This document shows positions 47,120 through 57,366 of a stretch of DNA of 61,623 bases, in pieces. This DNA is from an uncultured Pirellulales bacterium (lineage in GTDB: Bacteria; Planctomycetota; Phycisphaerae; Sedimentisphaerales; Anaerobacaceae). The notes below the pieces were generated by a model that did no database searches, was not told the origin of the DNA, and worked only from the letters and a program-made list of their open reading frames with translations. A program made the translations under genes and the position numbers. Position 1 is the first letter of the stretch. Each line of letters starts with the position of its first letter. The DNA lies in assembly GCA_964405375.1 (NCBI GenBank), contig CAYONQ010000001.1, positions 1 to 61,623 of the forward strand, written 5' to 3'.

Positions 47120-48397
47120 ATGAGAGTCTTGATGTTGGGCTGGGAGTTTCCTCCGTTTATCAGTGGCGGACTTGGTACGGCCTGCTACGGGCTTACCAAA
47201 GCAATGGACCAGCTCGGCATAAAAGTAACCTTTGTGCTGCCCAAAATGGTTGATAACCAATATTCCACCCATGTAAAGCTGATAAGCCCCGACAGCCATA
47301 TGTGGTCGGCTTTCAGATTCGACAAGCTGAAAAATGTGGCATTCCGCACAATCAGCTCACCGTTACAGCCGTATTCAACACCCAGCGCCTACCAGAGACG
47401 AATCGAGGAGACCTTAAGCCAAAAACACGGCGGCAGCATCAGCTCAGCCGGTCAATTCGGAACAGACTACAGCGGCGATATGTACGCCGAGGTTCACCGT
47501 TATGCTGCGGTTGCTGCTGAATTAGCCAAGAATGAGCAGTTTGACATCGTTCACGCCCACGACTGGATGACCTACCCTGCCGGTATTGTGGTCTCGGCAA
47601 CGAGCGGAAAACCGCTGATTGTGCACGTGCACTCGACCGAATTCGACCGCAGCGGCGAAAACGTCAACCAGATGATTTACGACATCGAGCGAAAGGGAAT
47701 GCACGCAGCACATAAGGTAATCGCTGTCAGCCACTTTACCCGCAACATCATAATCGGCCGATACGGTATCAGCGGTCAAAAGGTCGAAGTAGTCCACAAC
47801 GGCGTAGAGCACAACGGAAACGGCAACTGGTCTTTAGCTGAAAGTGGCATCGGCAAAAACGAAAAAATCGTCCTGTTTTTGGGCAGAATTACAATGCAAA
47901 AAGGCCCCGAATACTTCCTGCAGGCAGCCAAAAAGGTCCTCGAAGTGATGGACAACGTCAAGTTCGTTATGGCCGGCTCCGGCGACTTAATGCACCGCGC
48001 CGTCGAAATGGCAGCGGAGCTGGGCATCGGTCACAAAGTGCTCTTCACCGGCTTCCTGCAAGGCGAGGCCGTCCAGAAAATATACAAAATGGCCGACCTT
48101 TTCGTGATGCCTTCCGTCTCCGAGCCATTCGGCATAGTACCTCTCGAAGCGCTGGAAAACGATGTGCCTGTCATAATAAGCAAACAAAGCGGCGTGTCAG
48201 AAGTCCTGATGCACGCCCTTAAAGTTGACTTCTGGGACGTCAATGAGATTGCCAATAAAGTTATAGCGATACTAAAATACCCCCCGCTGCAAGAAACATT
48301 AGCGAACTACGGTAATTTTGAGGTAAGGAGACTTCGCTGGAAAGATAGCGCCACAAAGTGTTTGAGAATTTACGAGGAAACACTGGTCGCTGTCTGA
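47120..48397 (+). CDS. GT-B glycosyltransferase, glycogen/starch-synthase-like (GT4/GT5)
   Basis: The N-terminus MRVLMLGWEFPPFISGGLGTACYGL is present, together with a C-terminal PSVSEPFGIVPLEALENDVPVI motif. It is clustered with GH57 and debranching enzyme genes. Confidence 0.75.
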   Translation: MRVLMLGWEFPPFISGGLGTACYGLTKAMDQLGIKVTFVLPKMVDNQYSTHVKLISPDSHMWSAFRFDKLKNVAFRTISSPLQPYSTPSAYQRRIEETLSQKHGGSISSAGQFGTDYSGDMYAEVHRYAAVAAELAKNEQFDIVHAHDWMTYPAGIVVSATSGKPLIVHVHSTEFDRSGENVNQMIYDIERKGMHAAHKVIAVSHFTRNIIIGRYGISGQKVEVVHNGVEHNGNGNWSLAESGIGKNEKIVLFLGRITMQKGPEYFLQAAKKVLEVMDNVKFVMAGSGDLMHRAVEMAAELGIGHKVLFTGFLQGEAVQKIYKMADLFVMPSVSEPFGIVPLEALENDVPVIISKQSGVSEVLMHALKVDFWDVNEIANKVIAILKYPPLQETLANYGNFEVRRLRWKDSATKCLRIYEETLVAV

Positions 48398-48402
48398 AAA
48401 AT

Positions 48403-48486
48403 GTGAATCGTGATTGGTGAAGCGTGAATCGAGACACGAACCACGAGACACGAACCACGAGACACGAACCACGAGACACGAAATAT
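48403..48486 (+). repeat. Twelve phase-locked heptads (gtgaatc gtgattg gtgaagc gtgaatc, then [gagacac gaaccac] x3.5, then gaaatAT) running into the GH57 start codon
   Basis: Counted base by base. It starts 6 nt after the stop at 48395-48397, and the last unit contains the A and T of ATG 48485. Confidence 0.9.
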
Positions 48487-49732
48487 GGCTTCGGTATGCT
48501 TCTACTTTCAAGTACATCAGCCCCTGCGATTGAGGCACTATACGGTATTTGACAAGAACGACCAATATTTCGACGATTATAAAAATGCCTCTATCTGCAG
48601 AAAGGTGGCGAACAAATGCTACCTTCCCACCAACCGGCTGCTTCTGGACATAATAAAAAGGTATAAAGGTGAATTTAAGATAGCATACAGTATAACCGGC
48701 GTATTACTGGAGCAGCTCCAGAAATACTCACCAGAGGTTATGAGCACCTTTGATGCTCTGGCGGAAACCGGCTGTGTGGAGTTCCTGGCCGAGACGTATT
48801 ATCATAGCTTGAGCTTTTTATACTCACGGGATGAATTCATAGAGCAGGTGAACAAGCACCTCGAAACCATCGAACATATCTTCGGTCAAAAACCCCGAGT
48901 GTTTAGAAATACGGAGCTGATATACAATAACGATTTAGCTTCACTTGTCGAATCAATGGACAAATTCGATGCGATAATAACCGAGGGTGCAGACCACATA
49001 TTAGGTTTTAGAAGCCCCAATTTCATTTATCAGCCCAAGGACTGCAGCAAGCTAAAGCTTCTGCTTAAAAACTATTCCCTCAGCGACGATATCGCCTTTA
49101 GGTTCTCCAACCGCAGTTGGTCACAGTGGCCTTTGACGGCAGAGAAATTCGCCGGATGGATAAGCAATGTCAATGGAAACGGCAACGTGGTCAACCTGTT
49201 TATGGATTACGAGACATTCGGCGAACACCAATGGAAGGATACGGGCATATTTGACTTTATGCGGCACCTGCCGGAACAGATTCTAAACCATCCTGACAAT
49301 AACTTCAAAACCCCAAGTGAGATAGTTCAGCTTTACCAGCCCGTGGACACGATTGATGTGCCCCATCTCATAAGCTGGGCAGATACCGAAAGGGACCTGT
49401 CGGCCTGGCTGGGAAACGCAATGCAGTCCAACGCAATTCACGAGCTTTATCGGCTTGAAAAGAAAATCAAGAAAACCGGCGACAAAAAAATCATCGCCGA
49501 CTGGCGAAAACTGCAGACATCAGACCATTTTTATTATATGTGCACGAAATACTTTGCCGACGGCGACGTGCATAAGTACTTTAACCCGTATGACTCGCCT
49601 TACGACTCTTACATTAACTTTATGAACGTGCTGGACAATCTTAACAACCGTTGTTCCAGGCAGATAATCGGGGGGACGGCTTACAGTCCGTCGCAAAATA
49701 AAAACCCGCCCCATTTACAAACGGTAAATTAA
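48485..49732 (+). CDS. Glycoside hydrolase family 57 (alpha-amylase/alpha-glucan-active)
   Basis: The N-terminal FYFQVHQPLRL motif is present, along with a GH57-like TEGADH region and FMDYETFGEHQW. Confidence 0.85.
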   Translation: MASVCFYFQVHQPLRLRHYTVFDKNDQYFDDYKNASICRKVANKCYLPTNRLLLDIIKRYKGEFKIAYSITGVLLEQLQKYSPEVMSTFDALAETGCVEFLAETYYHSLSFLYSRDEFIEQVNKHLETIEHIFGQKPRVFRNTELIYNNDLASLVESMDKFDAIITEGADHILGFRSPNFIYQPKDCSKLKLLLKNYSLSDDIAFRFSNRSWSQWPLTAEKFAGWISNVNGNGNVVNLFMDYETFGEHQWKDTGIFDFMRHLPEQILNHPDNNFKTPSEIVQLYQPVDTIDVPHLISWADTERDLSAWLGNAMQSNAIHELYRLEKKIKKTGDKKIIADWRKLQTSDHFYYMCTKYFADGDVHKYFNPYDSPYDSYINFMNVLDNLNNRCSRQIIGGTAYSPSQNKNPPHLQTVN

Positions 49733-49779
49733 CTGTCTGACTTGAATCTTACCGTAACAGCGCCTTTTGGAGTAGAGTT

Positions 49780-51834
49780 GTGTTAACATTGCAAAAAACC
49801 GGCGGTGTCGAAATCACCTCCGTATCGACAGCCGAAAAAAACATTGAGGATTTACTAACCAAGGAATGGCTGCTGACCAACAGCCGCGGTGGCTACGCAT
49901 CATCAACCATCGTCGGTTGCAACACCAGAAGATACCACGGCCTGCTCATCGGCTCACTTAACCCGCCCGTTAACAGGATAATGGCGCTGGCAAACTGCCT
50001 CGAGATGATTGTAATTAACGGCAACGTAATCAATCTTTCGACCTTTGAATTCAACGATAAATTCGCACCGCAAGGCCACACGTATCTTCTGCGATTTCGC
50101 CACGACATCGGGGTGCATTTTGATTACCAGCTTTCACAACTGAACCTGACCAAATCCGTTTATCTTGCCCGAGACACGGATACGGTCGGGCTGGTGTACG
50201 ATTTTACCGCTGTGCAGAGAAAAGTAGAATTCGTTCTTCGCCCCTTTATAGCTCTGCGGGATTTCCACGCACTGCAAAAATCTTACGCCCCGTTATGCTA
50301 TGAGAGATTTGAGAACACGCTGGCAGTTCACTATGATACACAGGGCGGCTCACCTCTAACGACAAGTTACCAAACCCCATCCTCGGACAGATGCGAACTG
50401 CTCATTAGATCTGACTCTGCAAACTTTGAAAAGGACGAGCAGTGGTGGTTCAATTTCGTATATCGCAACGACAGAGAAAGAGGTCAGGATTTTACCGAGG
50501 ATTTATGGACGCCCGGCTTTTTCAAATGCAAAATAGAAAAGCCCACCAAAATCATCTTCTGGGCAAGTCTTCGCAATCACCGCCGGCAAAATCAGCAGCC
50601 GGATAACATTAAAAAACTCTGCAAAAATTTGCAAAGGCATCAAAATACCGTAATCACCGCCGCTAAGACCAAAGATAGGAAACTTACAACCCTTTGCCTG
50701 GCCGCCGACCGGTTCATAAGCAAACGGCGAGTAAATCAACACTACAGAACCACCATTTTAGCCGGCTTTCCCTGGTTTGCAGACTGGGGCAGAGACGCCT
50801 TTGTCGCCCTGCCGGGACTGCTGCTGTCGACCGGCAGATTCGAGCAGGCAAAATCAGTCCTGACCACCTGGGCACAGGCAGCCGACAACGGTATGATTCC
50901 AAATCGCTTTGACGACCGCAGCGATACCGCCTACTTCAACAGTATAGACGCATCCCTGTGGTTTATCAATGCGGCCTTTGAATACTTAAATGCCACCGAT
51001 GACTTAGAAACCTTCACACAAGAGCTTCTACCCACCATTCACCAGATAATAGATTCCTATTACAACGGCACGCGATTTGACACCCGTGCCGATACCGACG
51101 GGCTTATAACCTCCGGCAGCGAGGACACCCAGCTAACCTGGATGGACGCAAAATACGAAGGCGTCGCCTTCACACCCAGATATGGAAAGGCAGTGGAGAT
51201 TAACGCCCTGTGGTATAACAGTTTTTGCCGGCTGGCTGAATTCTACGCCGACAGAGATAAAAAGGCCGAAAGGCACTTCAAATCCATAGCAGCCAAAGTC
51301 AAGAAAAGCTTCTGCGAACTATTCTGGAACGAAACAACCGGCTACCTGAACGACTGCATTTTGCCTGACGGCTCTGTCGACTCGACGCTCCGGCCGAACC
51401 AGATATTCGCCGTTTCACTGCCCTTTTCACCACTGCCGCCAAAGCTCGCAAAGCACGTGGTGGACACAGTGCAAAAAGAGCTGCTCACACCTTACGGCCT
51501 GCGAACATTAAACACTCAATCCAGCCATTATAAAGGCAGATACACAGGCCCCCAGCAGCAGCGAGACCAGGCCTACCACCAGGGCACAGTCTGGCCGTAT
51601 CTGATTGGGCCGTTCGTAGAGGCATATCTGAAGGTCAACAACTTCAGCCCAGAAAGCAAAGACGAAGCGGCTGATTTCATTGAGCCGCTGATGCAACACT
51701 TAACCGAGGACGGCTGCCTCGAACAATTAGCCGAAATATTCGACGGCGACCCCCCACATCAGCCAAGGGGCTGTATCGCACAGGCCTGGAGCGTCGCCGA
51801 ACTCATCAGGGCATACCGGCTCATAAACTCATAA
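49780..51834 (+). CDS. Amylo-alpha-1,6-glucosidase / glycogen debranching enzyme (GDE_N plus GDE_C)
   Basis: Motifs are TRRYHGLLI, GFPWFADWGRDAF, QLTWMDA and AYHQGTVWPYLIGPF. The start is GTG. Confidence 0.88.
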   Translation: MLTLQKTGGVEITSVSTAEKNIEDLLTKEWLLTNSRGGYASSTIVGCNTRRYHGLLIGSLNPPVNRIMALANCLEMIVINGNVINLSTFEFNDKFAPQGHTYLLRFRHDIGVHFDYQLSQLNLTKSVYLARDTDTVGLVYDFTAVQRKVEFVLRPFIALRDFHALQKSYAPLCYERFENTLAVHYDTQGGSPLTTSYQTPSSDRCELLIRSDSANFEKDEQWWFNFVYRNDRERGQDFTEDLWTPGFFKCKIEKPTKIIFWASLRNHRRQNQQPDNIKKLCKNLQRHQNTVITAAKTKDRKLTTLCLAADRFISKRRVNQHYRTTILAGFPWFADWGRDAFVALPGLLLSTGRFEQAKSVLTTWAQAADNGMIPNRFDDRSDTAYFNSIDASLWFINAAFEYLNATDDLETFTQELLPTIHQIIDSYYNGTRFDTRADTDGLITSGSEDTQLTWMDAKYEGVAFTPRYGKAVEINALWYNSFCRLAEFYADRDKKAERHFKSIAAKVKKSFCELFWNETTGYLNDCILPDGSVDSTLRPNQIFAVSLPFSPLPPKLAKHVVDTVQKELLTPYGLRTLNTQSSHYKGRYTGPQQQRDQAYHQGTVWPYLIGPFVEAYLKVNNFSPESKDEAADFIEPLMQHLTEDGCLEQLAEIFDGDPPHQPRGCIAQAWSVAELIRAYRLINS

Positions 51835-51963
51835 CGCATCGTGCGCCCCTTTCGAAAACCACGCCAATCCACACCCGTTTTTTGTCCTTTCCGAGATTAG
51901 ATGAAATATGGTATAATTGCGCAACATACGCAGAGAAACGAAATAATTTGGGAGGCCGCAATT

Positions 51964-52827
51964 ATGAAAAACACAATCCTCACAAGTACGGGAACACTCA
52001 TAGTAGTTTTCGCCTTGGGCCACTTATCTTCAAACCTGTACGCACAAGTAAATCGAGAACAAAGCCCTGCCGAAACAGAGCAAGCAGCTACCGAAACCCC
52101 TCGAGAAACCAACCAGTCAAGACCAAGAGCGAGCTTTGTTAAAATGGCAGACTTCTATCTAAGAGACGGCCAGCTCGTATTCGGAGAGCTGCTCTCGGAG
52201 GACAAGAATAAAATCACCGTCAAACAGTTGGACGAAAGCAGGATTATCGTATCCACCTACAGTAAGAGAGAGATTGATACCAGGTCGCTGCACATCAAAA
52301 ATACACCCGAGTTCAAGTACTACATAGAGCTGGCCGAATACTTCGCCGGCAGAACCTGGGACTTCAGGGACGACCCCGACGATTTTATACAGGCGATTCG
52401 CTGCTACGAGAAGGCCAAACAATCAATCACAGACACTCAAAGACAAGAGAACGAAACCGAGCAAATAGACAAAAGAATAGAACAACTGCAGTCAGACAGA
52501 GAAATCTGGATAAGAGAGGTGCAATCGCGGGCACAGCTAAGGAAACTGGAGTTTGAAGCGGAGACCGAAAAAAGAATCAAAGAGCTCGAAGACAATATCA
52601 GTGAAACCAGCCGGCAGCTCAACGAAAGTGTCGCAGATATGAAGGAAAACTATCAGAAACTTGAAACAGGTATCTCCCAGCTAAACAATGAGCTGTCCCG
52701 CCAGAACGAGCAGATTAGGGCCAACAGAAGACTGATTGACCGCATCTATTATCGTAACCAACGGCACTGGCCACAGTTCTATTATTATCCATACAGAAGG
52801 CAGGGCGAGCCCCCTGAGAAGGATTAG
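51964..52827 (+). CDS. Secreted coiled-coil hypothetical protein
   Basis: A signal peptide follows MKNTILTSTGTLIVVFALG with RBS gggagg. A long heptad-rich Glu/Gln/Arg segment follows. Confidence 0.55.
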   Translation: MKNTILTSTGTLIVVFALGHLSSNLYAQVNREQSPAETEQAATETPRETNQSRPRASFVKMADFYLRDGQLVFGELLSEDKNKITVKQLDESRIIVSTYSKREIDTRSLHIKNTPEFKYYIELAEYFAGRTWDFRDDPDDFIQAIRCYEKAKQSITDTQRQENETEQIDKRIEQLQSDREIWIREVQSRAQLRKLEFEAETEKRIKELEDNISETSRQLNESVADMKENYQKLETGISQLNNELSRQNEQIRANRRLIDRIYYRNQRHWPQFYYYPYRRQGEPPEKD

Positions 52828-52891
52828 CCCGGCGGCAAACAACCAAAAAAGATAATCAGTTCCGGCGGGACATCGAGTCATTAAAGCGGCA

Positions 52892-53689
52892 TCAACCCTC
52901 GATTGCCTTTTTGACCTCTTTTAAGAATGTCGAAACTTCGGTGAGCATTTTCTCTTTGTTCGCCAGATTTTCCTCAATCAGCCCCACTATCTTTGAGCCG
53001 ATTATCACGCCGTCGGCTCCCGCCCGAGCGATTGTTGCCGCATGGGCGGGCTTGCTGATTCCAAAACCTACGCAAACCGGCACACTGGTTAGCTTTTTCA
53101 ATCCGCCGACCAGCCCCTCGACCAGGCCGGAAAGCTCCTCTCTGCTTCCCGTAACGCCTAACAGCGAGACAGTATAAATAAAGCCGGTCGTCTTGGAGGC
53201 AATAACCCTCATTCTCTCGGTGTCGGTATTTGGCGTAATCATAAAAACAGTGTCAAGGCCTGCCTGCATAGCGGGCGCTATAATCTCATCCGCATCGTCA
53301 ATACTCAAATCGGCAATCAAAACGCTGTTGACGCCGGCATGGTGAAAATCATCGAAAAATTTCTGCACCCCATACTGATAAACCAGATTGTAATACATCA
53401 GCAGTCCAATCGGGATATCCTTATAATCCTTTACCTTTCGGATAAACTCCAGCCCTTTCGCCACATTCATCCCACCCTTAAAGGCACGAATGTCGGCCTT
53501 CTGGATTGTCGGCCCGTCCGCTATCGGGTCGGAGAACGGGATACCTAATTCCAAAATATCTGCCCCTGCATCGGTAGCCGCCTTTACAATCGCAACGCTC
53601 GTATCGAAATCCGGGTCGCCGATGACGAAAAACGGTATCAACGCCGCCCTGTCTAACTCCGAAAAAACCTGCTTATACGTCCTCATCAA
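52892..53689 (-). CDS. trpA: Tryptophan synthase alpha chain
   Basis: Motifs are GDPDFDTS, ELGIPFSDPIADGPTIQ and GFGIS. Confidence 0.95.
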   Translation of the reverse strand: MMRTYKQVFSELDRAALIPFFVIGDPDFDTSVAIVKAATDAGADILELGIPFSDPIADGPTIQKADIRAFKGGMNVAKGLEFIRKVKDYKDIPIGLLMYYNLVYQYGVQKFFDDFHHAGVNSVLIADLSIDDADEIIAPAMQAGLDTVFMITPNTDTERMRVIASKTTGFIYTVSLLGVTGSREELSGLVEGLVGGLKKLTSVPVCVGFGISKPAHAATIARAGADGVIIGSKIVGLIEENLANKEKMLTEVSTFLKEVKKAIEG

Positions 53690-53696
53690 TCACTCC

Positions 53697-54872
<1,176 letters not shown>

Positions 54873-54893
54873 ATCTCATACCTCAAGTTACGA

Positions 54894-54967
54894 GTGACTA
54901 AAGTTACAAGTGCCTAAAGTTAAGAAAATTTAGCTCACTTTAGCTCACTTTAGTTCACTTTAGGCAC
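54894..54967 (-). repeat. Second copy of the gtgNNctaaa tandem-plus-inverted intercistronic element (between trpF and trpB, sense orientation on the minus strand)
   Basis: The minus strand reads gtgcctaaa gtgaactaaa gtgagctaaa gtgagctaaa, then a spacer, then ctttaggcac ttgtaa ctttagtcac. It lies 3 nt after the trpF stop and 21 nt before the trpB ATG. Confidence 0.85.
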
Positions 54968-54970
54968 TTC

Positions 54971-55594
54971 TCATCCTCTCAAGTGTCTTATATTTTCAAA
55001 TAATTCTTTCATCTTCTTGTGGTCCTTCTTGCCCGGCGACGCCTCAATGCCGCTGCAGACATCAATCCCGTAAACTCCCAACTCAACCGCATCTGCCGCA
55101 TTATCGGGATTAATCCCCCCTGCCAGAAAAATACGCTTGCCGATATGCCCTATGATATTCCAGTCGAAGGTCAGCCCCGTGCCGCCGTATTTCTCAGGAT
55201 GGAAGGCATCCAGCAGGACGGTATCCGTAAAGTAATCCTCCGCTTTTTCGATATCTTCCTGACTTTTTACTCGAATTGCCTTCATTGTCCTCACATCAAG
55301 AGAAAGAAGCGACTGACAGAACTGCGGACTCTCATCGCCGTGCAGTTGCACCCAGTCTAAATGACACCGGCTGATTGTTTCACGAATCTGTTCGAACGAG
55401 GCGTTCACAAACACGCCGGCAATATCTATAAAACCAGGCAACCTGTTTATTATTTCCATCGCCTTTTCCGGCGGCACATACCGGGGACTTTTCGGATAAA
55501 AATTAAACCCTAACAAATCTGCACCCATATCCATCGCCGCCGCGGCGTCCTCATAATTGGTAAGACCGCAAATTTTAACCTTCACTATCAACAT
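54971..55594 (-). CDS. trpF: Phosphoribosylanthranilate isomerase
   Basis: Motifs are KICGLT, GADLLGFNFYPKSPRYV and LAGGINPDN. At 207 aa there is no fused TrpC domain. Confidence 0.92.
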   Translation of the reverse strand: MLIVKVKICGLTNYEDAAAAMDMGADLLGFNFYPKSPRYVPPEKAMEIINRLPGFIDIAGVFVNASFEQIRETISRCHLDWVQLHGDESPQFCQSLLSLDVRTMKAIRVKSQEDIEKAEDYFTDTVLLDAFHPEKYGGTGLTFDWNIIGHIGKRIFLAGGINPDNAADAVELGVYGIDVCSGIEASPGKKDHKKMKELFENIRHLRG

Positions 55595-55629
55595 AAACCG
55601 TCGCTCGTGCCCCGTGAACCGTTTTTTGT

Positions 55630-56643
55630 TTATACTTTATTCGAAACCTCGATTAACTTTTCCAAGCAAGTCAATGCCGCACCATCGCTGACTGAGGCAT
55701 TCGCCAGCTCAATTGCCGATTTGAAATCTTCTGCCAAGCCGCTGACAATTATCGCAGCAGCGGCGTTTAGAATAACAATATCTTTGCGAGGCCCATGCTC
55801 CCTGCCGCTAAGTATGTCACGCAAGACCTTCGCACTTGCTTTAGCATCTGTTACCTTCAATTCCTCTATATCAGCCAACCTGATGCCAAAATTCTCGGGA
55901 TTCAGCTCCTTAAAGGTGATTCGACCTTCTTTTAATTCTGCTATTTTGGTAATCCCGGCTGTGCTTATCTCATCCAAACCGTCACTGTGAACCACCATTG
56001 CATACCTTGTCCCCAGCAGCTTAAGCGCCTCTGCAACGCTCTGCATCAGACCTTCATCGCCGACACCGAGCAGTTGAGCCGATACGTTGGCCGGGTTGGC
56101 TAAAGGCCCGAGAACATTGAAAACCGTCCTGAAGCCAAGCTGCTTTCGTATCGGCTGAACGTATTTCATCGCCGGATGAAAGCGAGGTGCAAACATAAAG
56201 CCGATATGCGCCTGTTTTATGCACTCTGCGACGGTCTCGGCGCCGGCATCTATCTTAACCCCTAACTGCTCAAGCACGTCCGCCGAGCCGCAGCCGCTGG
56301 TTATCCCGCGATTGCCGTGCTTGGCGATATAGACACCTGCGCCTGCCGCCACTATAGCAGCAGCAGTCGAGATGTTAGAGGTCTTAAATCTCCCTCCGCC
56401 CGTGCCGCAGGTATCAATCAGGTTATCAACGTCAACCTTGACACGGACGGCATGACTTCGCAGCGATTTGGCAAGTCCCGCCAGTTCCGCCGCCGTTGCC
56501 CCTTTTATACGCATCGCAGTAAGAAACGCAGCAATCTGCGGCTCGCTTACCCCGCCTTCAAAAATAATATCTAAAAGCCCAGTCGCCTGCTCAAAAGGCA
56601 AATCTTTACCGTCTAATAACAAATTAATATATTCAGTTATCAC
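55630..56643 (-). CDS. trpD: Anthranilate phosphoribosyltransferase
   Basis: Motifs are DTCGTGGG, KHGNRGITSGCGSADVLE and NVLGPLANP. Confidence 0.95.
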   Translation of the reverse strand: MITEYINLLLDGKDLPFEQATGLLDIIFEGGVSEPQIAAFLTAMRIKGATAAELAGLAKSLRSHAVRVKVDVDNLIDTCGTGGGRFKTSNISTAAAIVAAGAGVYIAKHGNRGITSGCGSADVLEQLGVKIDAGAETVAECIKQAHIGFMFAPRFHPAMKYVQPIRKQLGFRTVFNVLGPLANPANVSAQLLGVGDEGLMQSVAEALKLLGTRYAMVVHSDGLDEISTAGITKIAELKEGRITFKELNPENFGIRLADIEELKVTDAKASAKVLRDILSGREHGPRKDIVILNAAAAIIVSGLAEDFKSAIELANASVSDGAALTCLEKLIEVSNKV

Positions 56644-56669
56644 CGCTATCTTTAGCCCTTCTTCATGTC

Positions 56670-56689
56670 ATTCCTGCGGAAGCAGGAAT
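56670..56689. repeat. Short palindromic hairpin attcctgc-ggaa-gcaggaat between trpG and trpD
   Basis: An 8-bp perfect stem with a GNRA-like ggaa loop. It belongs to a gtcattcc...ggaatcc type motif. Confidence 0.6.
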
Positions 56690-56703
56690 CCAGTTTCTCT
56701 TTT

Positions 56704-57351
56704 TCACTTTTCAATTCCTCTGCGACCTCTGCGCTCTCCGCGGTTCATCCTATTTTCATTCTTCGCCGCTGCTATCGAAAGGATATTTTCGATTATTTTA
56801 CCGCCTGCCGGCGTCAAGATGCTTTCCGGATGGAACTGCACACCGAATATCGGAAGCTCCTTGTGCTGAATACCCATATTGATACCTTCGAACTCAGCGG
56901 TCTGCTCTAAGCAATCCGGCAGCTTTGCGGTACAGAGACTGTGATACCGCCCTGCCTGCAGTGGATTTTCCACGCCGGCAAATATGCCCTTCTGGTTGTG
57001 TGTTACCCTCGAGGGCTTGCCGTGCATCGGTACCGGCGAATGGCCAATTTCGCCGCCGAAGTGCTGCACAATCACCTGATGGCCGAGACACACCCCGAAT
57101 ATGGGCAGCTTGTCCTTGAAGTAACCCACCGCCGCCAATGATACGCCCGCCGTGTCCGGCGTACCCGGGCCGGGCGAAATCACAAGTAAATCCGGGGCAA
57201 ACTCATCGGCTAATGCTCGGAGCTCCTCAAGCTCGGTGTCGGCACGATAGACCCTGGCCGTACAATTACGCTTGCAAAAATCATCGACAAGATTGTACGT
57301 GAAAGAATCGAAATTATCGATGAACAAAACTTTTCTGCCTGTAGTTTTCAT
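56704..57351 (-). CDS. trpG: Anthranilate synthase component II (glutamine amidotransferase)
   Basis: Motifs are GVCLGHQ (catalytic Cys) and FHPES. An extension of about 20 aa (AAAKNENRMNRGERRGRRGIEK) is encoded by repeat-like DNA. Confidence 0.92.
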   Translation of the reverse strand: MKTTGRKVLFIDNFDSFTYNLVDDFCKRNCTARVYRADTELEELRALADEFAPDLLVISPGPGTPDTAGVSLAAVGYFKDKLPIFGVCLGHQVIVQHFGGEIGHSPVPMHGKPSRVTHNQKGIFAGVENPLQAGRYHSLCTAKLPDCLEQTAEFEGINMGIQHKELPIFGVQFHPESILTPAGGKIIENILSIAAAKNENRMNRGERRGRRGIEK

Positions 57352-57366
57352 AGGACTTTGTCCTTA

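Noticed and set aside
48403-48486. Tandem array as CRISPR or as a coding low-complexity ORF (minus-strand ORFs 48261-48565)
   Set aside because: The period is 7/14 bp with no spacers. The overlapping ORFs are repeat translations (VSRVSWFVSR...).
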